64,000 nucleotides of DNA from Bacteroidales bacterium (GCA_045132235.1 JBGURX010000019.1:5756-69755); one strand, 5' to 3'; numbered from the stretch's first letter, positions 44,100 to 53,856 are shown. Notes: generated from the sequence alone by a model not told the origin. Translations and numbers: made by a program.

Positions 44100-44379
44100 T
44101 GACTATCGTAGCCGACAGAACATTACGAGCAGAGGTGCGATGAATCGCGTCTCTGCAGCAATCAATTTATATCTAATGGTTCAGAAAGAATCGGGCGATT
44201 CGTTCCTCTGGCCGCCTTGTAAATTACGGCGTGAAGAAATCGGCGGTGAGAGAGCGTGAAGAACGGCGAACTGTCCGAAGATGTGCGAAATGTATTGAGC
44301 ACATCAAGTTTTTCGCCGTTTAGCGAACGAGCCCCGATTTTAGCCGGAATTTGCACAGCGGCAAAGCGCATTTCTTTTC

Positions 44380-44415
44380 GTCTATTTTCTTTGTGCGCTT
44401 GCAAAGAAAATAGAC
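44380..44415. other. Perfect 14 bp hairpin whose loop is complementary to an upstream 7-mer
   Basis: GTCTATTTTCTTTG-TGCGCTTG-CAAAGAAAATAGAC. The loop TGCGCTT (44394-44400) is the exact complement of AAGCGCA at 44364-44370. Confidence 0.7.
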
Positions 44416-44482
44416 AGCAACCTACAAAAACAAAACACTATGCAGGATGTGTCAGCGCTGTATGAAGCGAATAGCTAGTTAG

Positions 44483-44516
44483 AAAAAAGTGCGGTGCATT
44501 GCAAATGCACCGCACT
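44483..44516 (-). terminator. Rho-independent terminator of the hotdog-fold gene
   Basis: AGTGCGGTGCAT-TGCAA-ATGCACCGCACT. On the minus strand it is followed by a T run (complement of the A run at 44483-44487). Confidence 0.8.
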
Positions 44517-44540
44517 AACTATACGTGTTTCAACAAATTA

Positions 44541-44933
44541 CTATTTGTTCTTGCGCTGGCACTGCTTCGGGGTGACGCAGGTACCGGAAGCGCGGCACAC
44601 TACGATGGGCTCCTCCAGCACGTCGGCGGCGGAGTCGGAAATGTCGGTGCGGGGAGTGATGACCTTGCGGGCCTCGAACACCATCTTGCGGCTGGTGTTG
44701 CCCACATGGGTAATCTCACCAACGGCCTCGATGAAGTCGCCGGCATGCACGGGAGCCAAGAACTCCACATTGTCGTAGGCGCAGAAAAGTCCCTCATCAC
44801 CGTCCTGGATGATGAGCAGCTCGGTAGCCACATCGCCGAAAATGGCCAACATGTGGGCACCGTCCACCAAATTTCCACCATAATGAGCATCACCTGCGCT
44901 CATTCTAACTCTGATCATTGATTTTGCGTTCAT
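44541..44933 (-). CDS. Hotdog-fold protein, 3-aminobutyryl-CoA ammonia-lyase-like
   Basis: [45 protein letters not shown]...[14 protein letters not shown]...[14 protein letters not shown] matches my recollection of the lysine-fermentation Kal family. Confidence 0.55.
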   Translation of the reverse strand: MNAKSMIRVRMSAGDAHYGGNLVDGAHMLAIFGDVATELLIIQDGDEGLFCAYDNVEFLAPVHAGDFIEAVGEITHVGNTSRKMVFEARKVITPRTDISDSAADVLEEPIVVCRASGTCVTPKQCQRKNK

Positions 44934-45000
44934 AATAAAATAGTTTATAATTTAATTGTTTAATAATTTAATAATTTAATAATCAACAACTTATCCCCTC

Positions 45001-46392
45001 TTACAGATGCACGCACTCTTCGTATGCGGCGGCAGCGGCCTCCATAATGGCCTCGGAAAGAGTGGGATGCGGATGCACGGCATGGATCAGCTCGGGACCT
45101 TTCACATGCTGCTGGCGCGCCACCACGATGCCGGAAACCATCTCGGTGACATTCTCGCCAATCATGTGGCAACCCAGAATCTCATCGGTCTTCTTGTCGA
45201 AGATGATCTTGATCATACCGTCGCGGTTGCCGGAAGCAGTCGCCTTGCCGGAAGCGGTGAAGGGGAACTTGCCGATGCGCAGCTCGTAGCCGGCTTCGAG
45301 AGCCTTCTTTTCCGTAAGACCCACCGACGCGATTTCGGGAGTCGTGTAGGTGCAGCCCGGGATGTTGGCATAGTCAACGGGCGTCGGGTTCAGACCGGCG
45401 ATTTTCTCCACGCAGACCAATGCCTCGTGGGAGGCCACGTGCGCGAGCGCAGGACCGGGCACGATGTCGCCGATGGCATAGACGCCCTCGCAGCTGGTGC
45501 GGTAGTACTGGTCCACCACCACCTTGCCGCGCTCCACCTGAATGCCGAGCTTCTCCAACCCGATACCCTCGATGTTGGTCACCACACCAACGGCTGACAG
45601 CACGATATCGCACTCAATCTCAGTAATTTTACCCTTAGCATCCTTCACGGTCACCTTGCATTTTTCGCCGGTGGTGTCAACACTTTCCACAGAAGAGGAG
45701 GTCATCACCTTCACGCCGTTCTTGCGGAAGCAGCGCTCCAGCTGTTTCGAAACCTCCTCATCCTCAACGGGCACGAGGTTAGGCAGGAACTCCACAATGG
45801 TAACTTTGGTACCGAGTGAAGAATAAAAGTGGGCGAACTCGCTGCCGATGGCACCCGAGCCCATCACCACCATCGATTCGGGAAGTTTGGGCAAGGTGAG
45901 GGCCATGCGGTAGCCGATCACCTTCTCGCCGTCCTGCTTGATGTGCGGCAGCTCTTTCGAGTGAGCACCCGTGGCGAGGATGATGTGGGTGGCCTCGTGG
46001 GTAACTGTGCCGCTCTCGCTGAGCACCTCCACCTTACGGTCGGCGGTGAGCGTGGCAAAGCCCTCAATCACCTCCACATTGTTCTTCTTCAGCAGGAACT
46101 GCACTCCCTTGCTCATGGCCTCGGCCACACCGCGGCTGCGGCGCACGATGGCCTCAAAGTCGGGCTGTGCGGGAGTGTCGAGCTTAATACCGTAACTCTC
46201 AGCATGTTTCATATAGTTGTACACCTGTGCTGATTTCAGCAAGGCTTTGGTGGGAATGCAACCCCAGTTGAGGCAAATTCCGCCCAGCTCGCCGGCCTCA
46301 ATCACAGCCGTCTTCATTCCTAACTGGCTGGCACGGATGGCCGCCACATAACCTCCGGGACCGCTCCCGATTACGATAACGTCGTATTTCAT
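45001..46392 (-). CDS. lpdA: Dihydrolipoyl dehydrogenase
   Basis: YDVIVIGSGPGGYVAA, GGICLNWGCIPTKALL (redox-active disulfide), and the C-terminal HPHPTLSE interface motif. Confidence 0.92.
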   Translation of the reverse strand: MKYDVIVIGSGPGGYVAAIRASQLGMKTAVIEAGELGGICLNWGCIPTKALLKSAQVYNYMKHAESYGIKLDTPAQPDFEAIVRRSRGVAEAMSKGVQFLLKKNNVEVIEGFATLTADRKVEVLSESGTVTHEATHIILATGAHSKELPHIKQDGEKVIGYRMALTLPKLPESMVVMGSGAIGSEFAHFYSSLGTKVTIVEFLPNLVPVEDEEVSKQLERCFRKNGVKVMTSSSVESVDTTGEKCKVTVKDAKGKITEIECDIVLSAVGVVTNIEGIGLEKLGIQVERGKVVVDQYYRTSCEGVYAIGDIVPGPALAHVASHEALVCVEKIAGLNPTPVDYANIPGCTYTTPEIASVGLTEKKALEAGYELRIGKFPFTASGKATASGNRDGMIKIIFDKKTDEILGCHMIGENVTEMVSGIVVARQQHVKGPELIHAVHPHPTLSEAIMEAAAAAYEECVHL

Positions 46393-46426
46393 ATTCCTAA
46401 TATTAAATTTATAATGATTTGATTTT

Positions 46427-47107
46427 CTATTTCTTAATACTTAAAATCAAGCCTAACACCACACCCAGGAAGGCCGCGAACAGCACTTGGAAATCGCCCG
46501 GCAAAAGGAAGGTGATGGTGTGCGCAGGATACCAGAAAAGCGGGATGGTTTTCTTGAAAACGAAACCCCACTGCACCTGCCAGTTGATTCTGTTGGCCAT
46601 GATGTCGCCGATTGGAATAGGCTTGAAGAAACGGATCAACGAGCCACCCGTATCCTGAATATGGATGTCGGTGATTTTGTGCAAAGTCATGAACACCGGC
46701 GCGAAAATGCTGTTCATCAGCACACTGATGCAGAAAGCCACCAACAGTTTGCCCCATGAGAGACCGCCTGCAAACCAAGTCGGTGCATGGTCCAGACCGA
46801 GGTATGAGAGGAAATCGATGGTGCCCACCGTGAAAATCTTCATCGACATGGCAATGCCCATACCCAAGATACCCCAAACCAGCATACGCGGCAGGATGCC
46901 GAAACCTTTCTCATAGTAACTGCCCATGCGGATGCGGTGTGCCAGCATCTCGCCAAAGGTAGCGAGGATGGCAAACTTGAAGAAACTCATGATCATACCA
47001 TGCTCTCTCGTCGAATCCTTGAACCAATCCATGGCACCCGGCACAAAGGCGAACACCGCTATTACCGCGGCCACACACACAATTGTTATAATATCACTTT
47101 TCTTCAT
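46427..47107 (-). CDS. Hypothetical multi-pass membrane protein
   Basis: 226 aa with about 6 hydrophobic segments. I recognise no family. Confidence 0.6.
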   Translation of the reverse strand: MKKSDIITIVCVAAVIAVFAFVPGAMDWFKDSTREHGMIMSFFKFAILATFGEMLAHRIRMGSYYEKGFGILPRMLVWGILGMGIAMSMKIFTVGTIDFLSYLGLDHAPTWFAGGLSWGKLLVAFCISVLMNSIFAPVFMTLHKITDIHIQDTGGSLIRFFKPIPIGDIMANRINWQVQWGFVFKKTIPLFWYPAHTITFLLPGDFQVLFAAFLGVVLGLILSIKK

Positions 47108-47116
47108 ATTTGAAAA

Positions 47117-47734
47117 TTAGCGTTTATTGAGTCTCATATATTTCTCCAACCAAGCAGGGTCATTGGAATAGGAAAATCCCTCCACGGCGGTGAAAACCTC
47201 CTCCACGCTCGTGGCAACGAGGAGCAAGCCACTGTGAAAAGACCGCAGAAATCCCTCTTGTTCAAACATTTCCAGCTGTTTAATGAGGTGGTCATAATAG
47301 CCGAAGGCATTGAGCACGACAATCGGTTTGCGATGCATGCCGAGCTGCGCGTCGGTCAGCACTTCGAAGAGCTCATCCATGGTGCCGAAGGAGCCGGGCA
47401 GGATGACAAAGGCATCGGCCAAGCGTTCCAGCGTCTGCTTCCGCTCGCTCATCGATTTCACCCAAATCTGCTCCGTAATATTCTGTGCCACAACGGCATC
47501 ACCGGAGAAAAAGTCGGGAATCACTCCCACCACACGGCCACCGCCGGCAAGAGCCGTTTCCGCAGCCGCACCCATCAGTCCGATTTTCGCACCGCCATAA
47601 TAGAGCGTAACCCCACGTCCGGCGCACTGCTTCCCCAATTCAGCGGCCAGAGCGGCATATTTCGGATCATGGCCAGTGGCGGAGCCGCAGAAAAGAGCGA
47701 TGGAACGGATTTGCGGACTATTCATGGACGCCAT
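47117..47734 (-). CDS. LOG family protein (nucleotide 5'-monophosphate nucleosidase)
   Basis: GGAKIGLMG and PGSFGTMDELFE motifs are present. Confidence 0.85.
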   Translation of the reverse strand: MASMNSPQIRSIALFCGSATGHDPKYAALAAELGKQCAGRGVTLYYGGAKIGLMGAAAETALAGGGRVVGVIPDFFSGDAVVAQNITEQIWVKSMSERKQTLERLADAFVILPGSFGTMDELFEVLTDAQLGMHRKPIVVLNAFGYYDHLIKQLEMFEQEGFLRSFHSGLLLVATSVEEVFTAVEGFSYSNDPAWLEKYMRLNKR

Positions 47735-48440
47735 GTTTTACATGTTTAATGGGAAGAAGTATCAAGGAAGTGAAGATATACACCAAGATGATGATGGGGC
47801 ATGCACCGAGGCGGAAAATGATGAGCAGCACAGCCGCGAACAGCAGGAAGATATACCTCACCAGATTCTCCTTGAAGCGCAAGTTTTTGAATTTCAGCGA
47901 AAACATAGGGAGGTCGGTCACCAGCAGCACGGCAAAAGCCAGCACCAAAGTGAGCACCACCCAGAAGTTGCTGAACACCGGGATGGAGCGAGCCGAGAAA
48001 TGGAGGAAACCGATGAAGAGCGCGTTGGCGGGAGTGGCCAGTCCGCGGAACTCTTCATGCTGCCGCTCGTCGTGGTTGAACTTGGCGAGACGGAAGGCCG
48101 ACATGGCGGGCACCACAAACACGCAGAAGGGCAGCAGGTGCACCCAACTGTCGCGCATGGCGGGCGGGAGCGTGTCCAACAGCTGCGTCAGGAAGACGAA
48201 CACGATGGTGGTGGGCGCCACCCCGAAAGAAACGATATCGGCCAGCGAGTCCATGTCCACGCCCATCGGCGACTGCACTTTGAGCATACGCGCCGCAAAA
48301 CCGTCGAAAAAATCGAAGGTGGCGGAGAGCAGAATCAGCAGGGAGGCCACATCCAGCATACCCCGGGTGGCGAACAAAATCGAGAGGCAGCCGGAGACCA
48401 GATTGCAGCTGGTGATGAGGTTGGGGACGTGCTTTTTCAT
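47718..48440 (-). CDS. pssA: CDP-diacylglycerol--serine O-phosphatidyltransferase
   Basis: Start MKKHVPNLITSCNL (ATG at 48440). The CDP-alcohol transferase motif DFFDGFAARML...GVDMDSLADIVSFGVAP is present. Confidence 0.85.
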   Translation of the reverse strand: MKKHVPNLITSCNLVSGCLSILFATRGMLDVASLLILLSATFDFFDGFAARMLKVQSPMGVDMDSLADIVSFGVAPTTIVFVFLTQLLDTLPPAMRDSWVHLLPFCVFVVPAMSAFRLAKFNHDERQHEEFRGLATPANALFIGFLHFSARSIPVFSNFWVVLTLVLAFAVLLVTDLPMFSLKFKNLRFKENLVRYIFLLFAAVLLIIFRLGACPIIILVYIFTSLILLPIKHVKHGVHE

Positions 48441-48456
48441 CGCTTGAAATTTGCTG

Positions 48457-48464
48457 CAAAAATA
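48457..48464 (-). promoter_or_regulatory. Candidate -7 box for pssA
   Basis: The plus strand reads CAAAAATA. It lies 17 nt upstream of the ATG at 48440. Confidence 0.5.
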
Positions 48465-48532
48465 CATCTTTTTTCACAATGAATTGTGTAAAAATTTCGG
48501 GAATCACAATAAAATTATCATCCAATTAGTTT

Positions 48533-48540
48533 TACCTTTG
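48533..48540 (+). promoter_or_regulatory. Candidate -7 box (TACCTTTG)
   Basis: It lies 39 nt upstream of the ATG at 48579. Confidence 0.45.
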
Positions 48541-48578
48541 TAAATTCTAAAATAGGGTATTAATAACTGGCTAAGAAC

Positions 48579-49874
48579 GTGTATATGAAGAAAATCTGGA
48601 TTCTGGTCATCTTTTCGCTCTTCTCGCTGACCTACTGCGGACTGGTGGCGCAGAGCAAGAAAAGCGACCAGCTGAAGAAGGACAAACAGAAGATACAGAC
48701 CGAGATCAACAAGAAGCAGAAACTTCTTGACGAAACGCGCAAGAACAAGAAGGCCTCGCAGCAGCAGCTGAGCGTGCTCCGCGACCAGATCGCCACCCGT
48801 GAGATGTACATGACCGAGCTGCAGGGTGAAATCGACGTGCTCGCCGACGAGCGGCGGCAGAACGAGACCGAGTCGTCGCGCCTCGCCCGCAAGCTCACCT
48901 ACCTCCGCGAAGACTACTCCCGCGTGGTCTATAACACCTTCAAGAACCGCCGCCAGAACGACCCGCTCATCTTCATCCTCTCCTCCGAAGACTACTCCTC
49001 CATGTTCCGCAGAATCCACTTTTACGCAGAATATTCGAAAAACGTGCAGCAGAAGGTGGACGAAATCACAGAGACCCGCAAAAACATCAACAAGAAATGC
49101 GAGGAACTCACCCTGATTGAGAACGAAAAACAGAGCGTGATGCGCGAGCAAGAGGCTGCCAACGCCAAGCAGCAACAGCAGCGCCGCGAGGCCGAAAAGC
49201 TCTCCAAAGAGCTCAAGAAGAAAGAGTCGAACTTGGTGGCCGAAATCAAGAAAAAACAGCAGGAAAAGAACCGCCTCGACGCAGCCATCAAGAAAGCCAT
49301 CGACGAGGAAATCGCCGCAGCAGCAGCCAAGCAGAACAAGAACAACAGTGGCAAGTCGGGCACCTCAGGGAGCGGCAAGTCGGGCACCAGCAGCGGCAAG
49401 TCGGGCGGCAAGTCCTCCACCCCCGCCATCGTGCTCACCCCCGCCGAACAACAGCTCAGCAACAGCTTCGCCAGCAACAAGGGCAAGCTGCCGTGGCCCG
49501 TCAGCGCCTGCGCCAAAACCCTCGACTTCGGCACCTACCAGCACCCCGACGCCCCCTCCGTCACCCTCTACAACAACGGCATCGAGCTCCTCACCCACGC
49601 CAACGCCGACGTCAAGTCCGTCTTCAAAGGCACCGTCGTCACCGTGCGCAACTTCGAAGGCTCCTACTTCATCATCATCCGCCACGGCGAATACCTCACC
49701 ACCTACCAGAACGTCACCGGCGTCACCGTCAAGGCCGGACAGGAGGTCGCCACTGGGCAGAAGATCGGCTCCGTGGCCAAGAAAGCCTCTTCCGGCACCT
49801 ACGAGCTCTCCTTCTTCATTACCAAAGGCACTACGTACCTCAACCCCAACGCGTGGCTCCAACGGATCAACTGA
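48579..49874 (+). CDS. EnvC-like murein hydrolase activator / M23 (LytM) domain protein
   Basis: Signal peptide, a long K/Q/E-rich coiled coil, a GKSGTSGSGKSGTSSGKSGGKSS low-complexity linker, and a C-terminal LytM-like domain (IIIRHGEYLTTYQNV...GQKIG). Confidence 0.75.
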   Translation: MYMKKIWILVIFSLFSLTYCGLVAQSKKSDQLKKDKQKIQTEINKKQKLLDETRKNKKASQQQLSVLRDQIATREMYMTELQGEIDVLADERRQNETESSRLARKLTYLREDYSRVVYNTFKNRRQNDPLIFILSSEDYSSMFRRIHFYAEYSKNVQQKVDEITETRKNINKKCEELTLIENEKQSVMREQEAANAKQQQQRREAEKLSKELKKKESNLVAEIKKKQQEKNRLDAAIKKAIDEEIAAAAAKQNKNNSGKSGTSGSGKSGTSSGKSGGKSSTPAIVLTPAEQQLSNSFASNKGKLPWPVSACAKTLDFGTYQHPDAPSVTLYNNGIELLTHANADVKSVFKGTVVTVRNFEGSYFIIIRHGEYLTTYQNVTGVTVKAGQEVATGQKIGSVAKKASSGTYELSFFITKGTTYLNPNAWLQRIN

Positions 49875-49880
49875 TTTTCC

Positions 49881-50471
49881 ATGTTCCTCGACGAAAAACT
49901 CTTCACCGAATTCCTCTCCGAAAAAGAGATCATGTGGCTCGGCATCGACTTCTCGAAAGCCAAGTTCACCAAGAAGGGTTTTGACATCTCGCAGGACAGC
50001 CTCCGCCAGCTCTTCAACGAGTGGAACCTCCTCATTATTTCCGACCAGAAGAAATACGACATCCGGCTCAGCTTCCGCAAGCCCATCATGTCGTACGACC
50101 TCTCCGCACTCTCCAAAAAGAACCGTTCCCTCCGTCTCTCCGGCATCCTGCGCGAGCACATCCACCTCAACGACCTTCTCGACGAGGAGCGCATCCGGCA
50201 GTACACCACCACCATCGAGATGCCCCAGCAGCACCGCTTCGCCCTCCTCTTCATCGTCGAATCCTTCGACGCCGTCAGCAAAACCGGCTCCGTCTGGGTG
50301 ACCGTCGCCGAGACCGCCACCCGCCAGACCGTGCTCTGCGAGAAATTCATCAAACTGCCCAGCGGCTTCGGCACCAAGAACTACTGGGGACGCATCTTCT
50401 ACAACACCCTCTTCGACATCAAAAACTACGCCTTCTACCGCTGGGAAAACCTCGTCAGCCAAGAACAATAA
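49881..50471 (+). CDS. Hypothetical cytoplasmic protein
   Basis: 196 aa with no signal peptide and native composition. It lies 6 nt downstream of the EnvC-like gene. Confidence 0.55.
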   Translation: MFLDEKLFTEFLSEKEIMWLGIDFSKAKFTKKGFDISQDSLRQLFNEWNLLIISDQKKYDIRLSFRKPIMSYDLSALSKKNRSLRLSGILREHIHLNDLLDEERIRQYTTTIEMPQQHRFALLFIVESFDAVSKTGSVWVTVAETATRQTVLCEKFIKLPSGFGTKNYWGRIFYNTLFDIKNYAFYRWENLVSQEQ

Positions 50472-50498
50472 AAACATCCATCCTCAAAATACAACAAC

Positions 50499-51839
50499 AT
50501 GAGCGCATTCAAAGCATACGATTTCAGAGGAGTCTTCGGAAAAGACTTCACCCTCGACGACATCTACCGCATCGGCTTCTTCCTGCCCGAACTGCTGAAA
50601 GTCAACAAGGTGCTGGTGGGTCGCGACATGCGTACCACCTCGCCCGCCATCTTCGAAGCCCTCACGCGAGGTATCACCGATGCCGGCGCCGATGCCTACG
50701 ACATGGGACTCACCACCACCCCGATGGTCTATTACTTCACCGCCAAGCACGGTTTCGACGCATCGGTCATGATCACCGCCTCCCACAACCCCAAGGAACA
50801 CAACGGCCTCAAGGTCTCCACCACCAACGCCCTGCCCGTCGGCTACGACACCGGCTTGGGACAATTGGAAAAGATGATCCAGCAAACGCCCCAGCCCACA
50901 CAGCCCAAGGGCAAGATCATCCCCCACGACGTGAAAACCGAATACCTACAGTTCCAACAGCAGTTCGCCCACGACAACAGCAACCTCAAAATCGCCATGG
51001 ACTGCTCCAACGGCATGGCCACCATATTAGTGAAGGATATTTTCGGAGAAGCACCTGTGTATCTGTACGATGAACTCGACGGCACCTTCCCCCACCACGA
51101 AGCCAACCCGCTGGAACCGCAGAATGTGAAAGACCTGCAAGCCCTTGTGCTGAAGGAGAAAGCCGACATCGGCGTCATCTTCGACGGCGACGCCGACCGC
51201 GTGATGTTTGTGGACGAAAAGGGAACCTTCATCCCGCCTGATCTGATGATCGCCGTTCTCGGACTTTATTTTATCAAAGAAAAGAATGTGCAGGGAAAAG
51301 TCATTCAGGACATCCGCACCTCGAAATCCGTCACCGAATACATCAACCAACTCGGCCGCGAGGTGGAAATCTGGCGTGTGGGGCGCGCCTACGCCGCCAT
51401 GAAACTGCGCGAGATCGACGGCGCCTTCGGAGGCGAGTTCGCCGGCCACTACTACTTCCGCGACTTCTACTACTCCGACTCCGCCATGATTGCCGCACAA
51501 GTCATCCTGCACGTGGTCAGCGAGATGAAAAAGAAAGGCATCTCCGTCTCCCAACTCATCTCCCAAATCGCCACGTATGCCAACTCCGGCGAAATCAATT
51601 TCAAGATTGAAAAGAAGAAAGAGGCCATGGAAGCCATGAAAGAGCATTTCATGGCAAAAGAGACCTGCACCCGCTATATGGACTTCGACGGCTACCGCAT
51701 TGAATTTCCGCAGTGGTGGTTCAACATAAGACCTTCCAACACAGAACCTTATCTCCGTCTTCTGATGGAAGCGCAGACCAAGGAATTATTGAATGAAAAG
51801 CTGGAAGAAGCCAGAGAAATTCTGAAAAAACACATGTAA
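50499..51839 (+). CDS. Phosphomannomutase/phosphoglucomutase family protein
   Basis: Active-site loop ITASHNPKEHNGLKV and metal loop FDGDADRV. Confidence 0.85.
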   Translation: MSAFKAYDFRGVFGKDFTLDDIYRIGFFLPELLKVNKVLVGRDMRTTSPAIFEALTRGITDAGADAYDMGLTTTPMVYYFTAKHGFDASVMITASHNPKEHNGLKVSTTNALPVGYDTGLGQLEKMIQQTPQPTQPKGKIIPHDVKTEYLQFQQQFAHDNSNLKIAMDCSNGMATILVKDIFGEAPVYLYDELDGTFPHHEANPLEPQNVKDLQALVLKEKADIGVIFDGDADRVMFVDEKGTFIPPDLMIAVLGLYFIKEKNVQGKVIQDIRTSKSVTEYINQLGREVEIWRVGRAYAAMKLREIDGAFGGEFAGHYYFRDFYYSDSAMIAAQVILHVVSEMKKKGISVSQLISQIATYANSGEINFKIEKKKEAMEAMKEHFMAKETCTRYMDFDGYRIEFPQWWFNIRPSNTEPYLRLLMEAQTKELLNEKLEEAREILKKHM

Positions 51840-51842
51840 TAT

Positions 51843-52577
51843 ATGTATCTTGCCATCGACATCGGCAACACCTTGCAAAAGGCAGCGGTCTTCTCCGATG
51901 ACGGAGAGATACTGACCCTCGTTGCAGAACCGGAACTCACAACCGACACGGTTAACAAGCTGTTGGACGAGTATGCCATAAGTCACTCCATCCTGTCGAG
52001 TGTAGGAGTGGAACGCACTGACATACAGCAACTGCTGTCTGACCGCACCCACCTGACCCGTTTCAACCATACCACTCCCCTCCCCATCCGGATTGACTAC
52101 CGCACGCCCGAAACCCTCGGACTGGACCGGCTGGCCTGCGCGGTGGCCACCCACGCGCTGTTTCCCACCGAAAACGCCCTTGCCATACAGGCCGGCTCGT
52201 GTCTCGTGACCGACTTCGTGACCGCCGACGGCCGCTACCTCGGCGGGTCCATCTCGCCCGGGGTGGACATGCGGTTCGCCGCTTTGCACCATTTCACCCA
52301 GCGGCTTCCCCAAGTGGAGCGCGAATCCATCCAATTTCTCACCGGACAAACCACCGAAGAGAGCATCCTCTCCGGTGTGATGAACGGAATTACAGATGAA
52401 ATCAACGGTGTGATTGAGCGTTACCGACAGCAGTATGGAAGCGTCAAAGTGGTGTTCACAGGGGGAAATAAAGATGATTTGCAGAATTCAATAAAATTTA
52501 CTATCTTTGCCGCCTCTAATATCGTCCTGCTTGGACTTTATAAAATATTGATATTCAATGCTAAAGGCAAAATATAG
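51843..52577 (+). CDS. coaX: Type III pantothenate kinase
   Basis: MYLAIDIGNTLQK, LGLDRL, and GGNKD near the C-terminus. Confidence 0.85.
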   Translation: MYLAIDIGNTLQKAAVFSDDGEILTLVAEPELTTDTVNKLLDEYAISHSILSSVGVERTDIQQLLSDRTHLTRFNHTTPLPIRIDYRTPETLGLDRLACAVATHALFPTENALAIQAGSCLVTDFVTADGRYLGGSISPGVDMRFAALHHFTQRLPQVERESIQFLTGQTTEESILSGVMNGITDEINGVIERYRQQYGSVKVVFTGGNKDDLQNSIKFTIFAASNIVLLGLYKILIFNAKGKI

Positions 52578-53838
52578 AATAATCTTGTCTGCGATTCTGG
52601 CGATCGCATTCTGCGTTTGTGCCCCTGCGCAGAACGAGATTAGCACCCCGTATTCCAAATACGGGTACGGTTTGCCCAGCAATGTGACATCGGGTGCATA
52701 CGATGCGATGGGGAAAGTGGGATATGCCGTGCAGCACCCGCACCTCATCAACTTCAAAAATCCCGCCTCCTACGTTGCCTTCGACTCCTTGTCGTTCATC
52801 GCAGATGCATCTTTCAGTATTTATTCCAGCACGTTAAAGACCTCTGAGGTCACCCAGAAGACGACCTTTGCACGTCCCAGCTACATCACCATCGGTCTGC
52901 CTGTAACCCGCCACTGGCGCACCTCCGCCGGCATCCTGCCTTTCAGCAACCTCGGCTACAACATCGCCGACAGCAAACTGCTGTACGACAATGTGACCGC
53001 CACCTACAACTACAAAGGCAGCGGCGGACTGCTGCAATTGTACTGGGGCAACGCCTTCAAAATCTGCAAGGGGCTCTCCATCGGGCTCAATGCCTCCTAC
53101 CTTTTCGGACGGCTCAACTACACCAAAAGCGCCGAGTTCGACGGCAGCTATTTCTTCCACACCATGGTGGACAACACCACGCAAATTGACGGACTGTACC
53201 TGTCGGGCGGCATCCAGTATTTCGCCACTGTGAAAGGCATTCACACCATCGGTTTCGGACTGGTGTACGAAAACAGCGCTTTCATCAAGACGCGCAACCG
53301 CATCCTCACCTACAACTACGAAGGAACGGGCACCAGCGCATCGCTGAACGACACCATGGCGTACAGCGAGAGCAAAGGAAAGATGCAGACCCCGCAAACC
53401 CTTGGCGGCGGTTTCTCGTACCAGTACCGCGACAAATGGCTGGTGACCGCCGATGTAACCTGGCAGGACTGGGCTCATTATTATCTTAATGGAAATGACA
53501 ACGGCACCCTGCAGGATGCCATCACCATTTCAGCCGGACTCCAATTCGTGCCCAACTCTGCTTCCACCAACTACCTCAACAAAATCCGCTTCCGCGCCGG
53601 CTTCCGCTACTGCACCGGTCAAATCTATGTCAACGACCGTTCCATCAACGACTTCAGCGTGTCCGTAGGACTCGGTTTCCCGCTGAAAATGTACAACAAC
53701 AACTCCTCCATGGGAATACTCTTCGAGTATGGACAGATGGGAACATTGCAAAACGAACTGCTCAGAGAAAATTACTTTAGATTCTCCTTACATTTTACTT
53801 TGCAAGAAAAATGGTATCAAAGAGTGAAATTAGAATAA
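52558..53838 (+). CDS. Outer membrane beta-barrel protein (family uncertain)
   Basis: Signal peptide, NEISTPYSKYGYGL N-terminal motif, beta alternation, and a C-terminal FRFSLHFTL strand. Confidence 0.6.
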   Translation: MLKAKYRIILSAILAIAFCVCAPAQNEISTPYSKYGYGLPSNVTSGAYDAMGKVGYAVQHPHLINFKNPASYVAFDSLSFIADASFSIYSSTLKTSEVTQKTTFARPSYITIGLPVTRHWRTSAGILPFSNLGYNIADSKLLYDNVTATYNYKGSGGLLQLYWGNAFKICKGLSIGLNASYLFGRLNYTKSAEFDGSYFFHTMVDNTTQIDGLYLSGGIQYFATVKGIHTIGFGLVYENSAFIKTRNRILTYNYEGTGTSASLNDTMAYSESKGKMQTPQTLGGGFSYQYRDKWLVTADVTWQDWAHYYLNGNDNGTLQDAITISAGLQFVPNSASTNYLNKIRFRAGFRYCTGQIYVNDRSINDFSVSVGLGFPLKMYNNNSSMGILFEYGQMGTLQNELLRENYFRFSLHFTLQEKWYQRVKLE

Positions 53839-53856
53839 TTTAAAATCATACCTATC

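Noticed and set aside
43906-44465. Three overlapping ORFs in the 790 bp gap (117 aa +, 80 aa -, 69 aa +).
   Set aside because: They show no coding-like periodicity, run across several perfect hairpins and the repeated element, and have no family resemblance. I treated the region as non-coding.
49340-49420. GGCAAGTCGGGC repeat encoding GKSG units inside the EnvC-like gene, considered as a possible contingency locus.
   Set aside because: It is an in-frame, imperfect, short low-complexity linker, typical of coiled-coil/LytM activators. Nothing suggests phase variation.
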